DNA from: Bdellovibrionota bacterium
Lineage (GTDB): Bacteria > Bdellovibrionota_C > UBA2361
NCBI GenBank assembly: GCA_044352465.1
Contig: JBILDU010000057.1
Coordinates: 1 to 19,294 of the forward strand
Direction: 5' to 3'
Length of the DNA stretch: 19,294 bases
Position numbers and translations under genes: made by a program
Part shown: in pieces, positions 16,164-19,294 of the stretch
Position numbering within the stretch: the first letter of the stretch is position 1
Layout: every line of letters begins with the position of its first letter
Notes under the pieces: model-generated
Told to the model about the DNA's origin: nothing
What the model saw: the letters and a program-made list of their open reading frames with translations, nothing else
The model's database searches: none

Positions 16164-18194
16164 CTATTTACGGTGCCGCAGTGTTGCTACGACAAATGCG
16201 GCTCGGAGCGCGGCTTCGTTTGCCGCTTCGGTGCGGGTAGGGGGACCACTATGGGTTCCTGAAGAGATCGAAATCAGATGTCCGTATGACCCGTATGACT
16301 CGAGATGAGCGAGCCACCGAGCGCCGTCCATCGGAGGAACTGTGGAGTCGTTGCTCCCCACGGTGATAAGCGTTGGGGGATAGTCTGCACCGACCGGTAA
16401 ATCGAAAGGGGCATAGGCCCGCATGCCGGCACGACTCGCCGCGTCGTTTGGGTCGCCCCATTCGGTGCGATCGCGGATCGCAAGCGGGCGAGTCGGGTCG
16501 CTTAATGCGCCCGTAATATCGAGGAACGGAGCATCGAGAACAACCGCACCGAAGAGATCGGGGCGCAGAGCTGCTGCTCCAGCGACCGGAATCGCTCCGG
16601 CGCTACGTCCCATGAGGGCGATCCGTTTTCCCTCACCCCAGCCGAGCTTGAGGAGGGCCTCGGCCGCGGCGATGAGGTCGGTCGTTCCGACTACCTTTGT
16701 CTTTCCGCGGCTTGCGGTGTGCCACTCGGGGCCCTTTTCACCCCCGCCGCGCACGTGTGCCACCGCTACGATGAATCCCCGTTCCAGAAAGGGGAGATAG
16801 AACGGATCAAATCCCGTGTCAGCCTTCATTCCGTAAGCTCCATAGGTGGTGAGGATCACCGGCCGAGAACCGGGAGCACCCTCTTTGAGGCTATAGGCCA
16901 CCGTGATCGGAATGATGCTGCCGTCGCTCGCGCGCGCCGAAAAGGGCGCAGTCGTGTATTCATTGGCGACGTGATGAGCTACCGCCATCTGAGCGCGAGG
17001 TGCAAACGCTCCCGATTTCAGATCGAGCTCATAGAGTAGGGGAGGGTTAATCAGCGAGCTCATCTGTACCCGGACAACCTCCGCAGCTGGCGTGGGATGG
17101 GCTCCCAGTGAGAGCGCTGTAAGCCCACGCGGGATCGTGACACGGCTCGGTCGGGGGGACTTATTCTCGAGAGTGACGTGCCACAACGCCCCACGATCTT
17201 CAGCTTGACCAAAAACGATCGCATCGCGGATAAAACATCGGATACCCTCGATAGTCCCCGCGGCTCCCGCAAGGTTGACCGGTGCGGGTTGAGCACCCCG
17301 CTTCGCCGGAACCCAGATGAGCGTTCGAATGCTGGCACGCTCGGTTATGAGGAGAGCGCCCGCGTCGAAAAGGCAGGCATCGAAAACTGTTGTCTTCGTC
17401 ATCTGCTTCGGTGCGGCTATCTCGGTAGGTTGGATCTTTGATTCAGCCGCGGCGACTTTCCACACCCGCGTCCCGCGCGGGGAGAGCTCTCGAACGATCG
17501 TCGTCCCCGTGCCGGTCGAGTGGAGTGCAAGATGGCCATCGGTGCCAACCGGTAGCAGAATCGATTCATTCGGCATACCGGGTCGATGACGGATGAGGTG
17601 GGTGGCTCTTAGTCCCTCCAACGTGGAAAAAAGAAGCGACCCAGCCGTACCCCACTCAGCTTCATGGACACTATCGGCCAGGGGACCTCTGAGGTCACCC
17701 TCTGGTAAGAGGCGGGTAAACAGTTTAAACGTTCCACTTCCGTCCACGTCGAGCGTCACGGCGAGGTGGTGGTTGTCAGGGGAGAGTCGCAGCAGACCGA
17801 TATCAACCCGCCCGTTGGGGAACTCCCGATTGAGGTCGAGCACGGTTTCGGGTGGGGCGGTGCCGTTTCGGCGCCGAAAGATCGGATAACGTAGCCCCGG
17901 TTCATCCTCGGAAAAATATTCGAATTCCCCCAATCGGATCGGGGCTGCTGGCGGGGGCCAGCCCGCCGAAACTCGCCGGTGTAAATCTTGGGCGACCTCC
18001 CAGAGCGTCGCGTTTTCGCTCTTTTTAAATCGGCGCAGGCGTTCTTCTTGCGCGGCGCGCCAGCCCGAATTGGCGCGGGCTTCGAGTGATGCCGCTGTGT
18101 GCAGTGCCGGCGCGGCACTCGGACTACGGTGAGCGGTGCACCCGACGAGCATTGCGACAGCGACGCTGGATAAAAAGAGTTTAAATGAGCGCAT
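16164..18194 (-). CDS. S9A prolyl oligopeptidase / oligopeptidase B (PtrB)-like lipoprotein
   Basis: Beta-propeller region (ETVLDLN, LSPDNHHLAVTLDVDGS), ARASDG..IPI, YGAYG, HVRGGGEKGPEW, nucleophile GRSAG, EWGDP, Asp in NDSTV, His in GTHSG. Lipobox LVG|C follows M at 18194 (SD AGGA upstream). Confidence 0.88.
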   Translation of the reverse strand: MRSFKLFLSSVAVAMLVGCTAHRSPSAAPALHTAASLEARANSGWRAAQEERLRRFKKSENATLWEVAQDLHRRVSAGWPPPAAPIRLGEFEYFSEDEPGLRYPIFRRRNGTAPPETVLDLNREFPNGRVDIGLLRLSPDNHHLAVTLDVDGSGTFKLFTRLLPEGDLRGPLADSVHEAEWGTAGSLLFSTLEGLRATHLIRHRPGMPNESILLPVGTDGHLALHSTGTGTTIVRELSPRGTRVWKVAAAESKIQPTEIAAPKQMTKTTVFDACLFDAGALLITERASIRTLIWVPAKRGAQPAPVNLAGAAGTIEGIRCFIRDAIVFGQAEDRGALWHVTLENKSPRPSRVTIPRGLTALSLGAHPTPAAEVVRVQMSSLINPPLLYELDLKSGAFAPRAQMAVAHHVANEYTTAPFSARASDGSIIPITVAYSLKEGAPGSRPVILTTYGAYGMKADTGFDPFYLPFLERGFIVAVAHVRGGGEKGPEWHTASRGKTKVVGTTDLIAAAEALLKLGWGEGKRIALMGRSAGAIPVAGAAALRPDLFGAVVLDAPFLDITGALSDPTRPLAIRDRTEWGDPNDAASRAGMRAYAPFDLPVGADYPPTLITVGSNDSTVPPMDGARWLAHLESYGSYGHLISISSGTHSGPPTRTEAANEAALRAAFVVATLRHRK

Positions 18195-18390
18195 GTTTAT
18201 CCTGCGTGTCAGTAAAAAATACGACTGTATCTCCAACTGAGATCGGGCTCGAACGACGATGTCGAATAAAAGATGAAGCTGAACTGAGTCGGTCGGCCAC
18301 CCGCTTCGTGTCGCGTGCTTCGATCGAGTCGTGGGATTTCCAACGTGAGTTGAGAGGCTTCTATGTTGGGTCGCCATCTCGCCGCTTGCC

Positions 18391-18867
18391 CTAAGATTTG
18401 CTCTGGTAGAGATGTTTTAAGTCTTCGAGGAGTTTTCGCGCTCCGAGCTCAATGACCTGATGGACCTCCTCAAAGCCCCCGTGTTGACGAAAGGGATCCG
18501 CGACCTCAGGAGTTCTCAAACCGCCAACCCCGTCGAGCAGGAGGCGGAGCTTCCCTAACTTGTCGTGGGGGGCGAGCGCCGTTGCTGCGGCGATATTCGC
18601 CCGATCCATTCCGACGAGATAATCAAACTCTCGAAAGTCGGCGGGTTCAAGAGCTCGCGAGCGGTGACCGGAAAGGTCGAGCCCACGTCGGGCAGCTGTT
18701 CGGATCGTTTCCGGGTGAGCTGCAGAACCGGCTGTGGCGTGAGTACCTGCTGATTCGACCCAAAATGCATCGTCGAGACCGCTTGATTGAACGAGGGAGG
18801 TGAATATCCCAGCAGCCACCGGGGAACGGCAGATATTTGCGGTGCAAAAAAAGAGAATCTTGATCAT
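18391..18867 (-). CDS. Low-molecular-weight protein tyrosine phosphatase
   Basis: P-loop CTANICRS, VESAGT, FDYLVGMD..N and general-acid DPF. Confidence 0.93.
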   Translation of the reverse strand: MIKILFFCTANICRSPVAAGIFTSLVQSSGLDDAFWVESAGTHATAGSAAHPETIRTAARRGLDLSGHRSRALEPADFREFDYLVGMDRANIAAATALAPHDKLGKLRLLLDGVGGLRTPEVADPFRQHGGFEEVHQVIELGARKLLEDLKHLYQSKS

Positions 18868-19025
18868 ACCTGGCCCTGAGCGAGCCGGATTCGAAGTAGG
18901 CCGGATAGTGCTCGGCCAAGGTCGCCGATGTCACTTCCTATCCTCCGGTTTGCCAAGCACGTTCTCGGAAAGTGCAAACGTTTCATCACGACGCAGCTGT
19001 CGTTAGCCCGGTCGGGCCACATGAG

Positions 19026-19107
19026 TGCGGGGGGGGGGACTTGAACCCCCAAGCCGTTAGGCACCAGATCCTAAGTCTGGCGTGTCTGCCAATTCCACCA
19101 CTCCCGC
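19026..19107 (-). tRNA. tRNA-Leu (anticodon TAG), CCA not encoded
   Basis: Reverse complement GCGGGAGTGGTGGAATTGGCAGACACGCCAGACTTAGGATCTGGTGCCTAACGGCTTGGGGGTTCAAGTCCCCCCCCCCGCA shows the D-loop, anticodon stem CCAGA/TCTGG around CT-TAG-GA, a long variable arm and T-loop TTCAAGT. Confidence 0.95.
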
Positions 19108-19270
19108 ATGGAGCCTTTAGAAAAGGATAATAAAATCGGCCACCAGTAGCAAGGAAAGGGGTATTTTAGGGGTCAAGCCCAACAATCGGCTCAGGCTCCC
19201 TCCCCGATTGTACTTTAAAAGCACGTTTGTGATATCGTCCCCCGCGAAAACAAGCCCTTAGGGAGTCCTC

Positions 19271-19294
19271 ATGGAAGTTAAATCAGTCGTCCAA
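19271..19294 (+). CDS. Start of a 3'-truncated CDS (MEVKSVVQ...), product unknown
   Basis: GGGAG SD at 19261-19265, then ATG 19271 with an open frame to the window end. Too short to identify. Confidence 0.45.

Noticed and set aside
18195..18377. 61-aa N-terminal extension of the S9 peptidase given by the ORF track
   Set aside because: The lipoprotein signal peptide and an SD fit Met at 18194. The extension looks non-coding, and I found no recognisable riboswitch there.
18391..18867. LMW-PTP as the cognate phosphatase of the cluster's kinase-like protein
   Set aside because: It is 6 kb away, on the opposite strand, among housekeeping genes. LMW-PTPs act on pTyr/pArg, and the kinase appears catalytically dead.
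19026..19107. tRNA as an integration site for a genomic island
   Set aside because: No integrase, no duplicated tRNA 3' end noticed, and the adjacent genes are housekeeping-like.
19271..19294. Calling the terminal ORF trigger factor (tig often neighbours tRNA-Leu)
   Set aside because: Only 8 codons are visible and the orientation is divergent from the tRNA, which is insufficient evidence.
1..19294. CRISPR array, transposase or tandem repeat arrays
   Set aside because: No regularly spaced direct repeats or mobile-element ORFs were seen. All long intergenic gaps were read.

Overview
GC-rich bacterial DNA. The gene content is reminiscent of predatory deltaproteobacteria-like lineages such as Myxococcota or Bdellovibrionota, but that is an inference only. 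The first 12 kb is a + strand cluster: a 5'-truncated membrane-anchored protein, a rearranged Tad/Flp pilus module (cpaE, a 56-aa Flp pilin missed by the ORF track, cpaB, cpaF, tadB, tadC), then, only 11 bp after tadC, a lone type III secretion export-gate gene with an injectisome-type (SctV) signature, and a membrane-spanning Hanks-type pseudokinase with a large helical C-terminal domain. This Tad + SctV + pseudokinase arrangement is the most striking feature and is a candidate hybrid contact-dependent secretion or predation system. The rest looks like housekeeping: a TlpA-like lipoprotein with a CxxS site, pyruvate phosphate dikinase, a possible small membrane protein, an S9A oligopeptidase lipoprotein, a low-molecular-weight protein tyrosine phosphatase, tRNA-Leu(TAG) and the start of a divergent gene. 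No CRISPR array or mobile element was seen.
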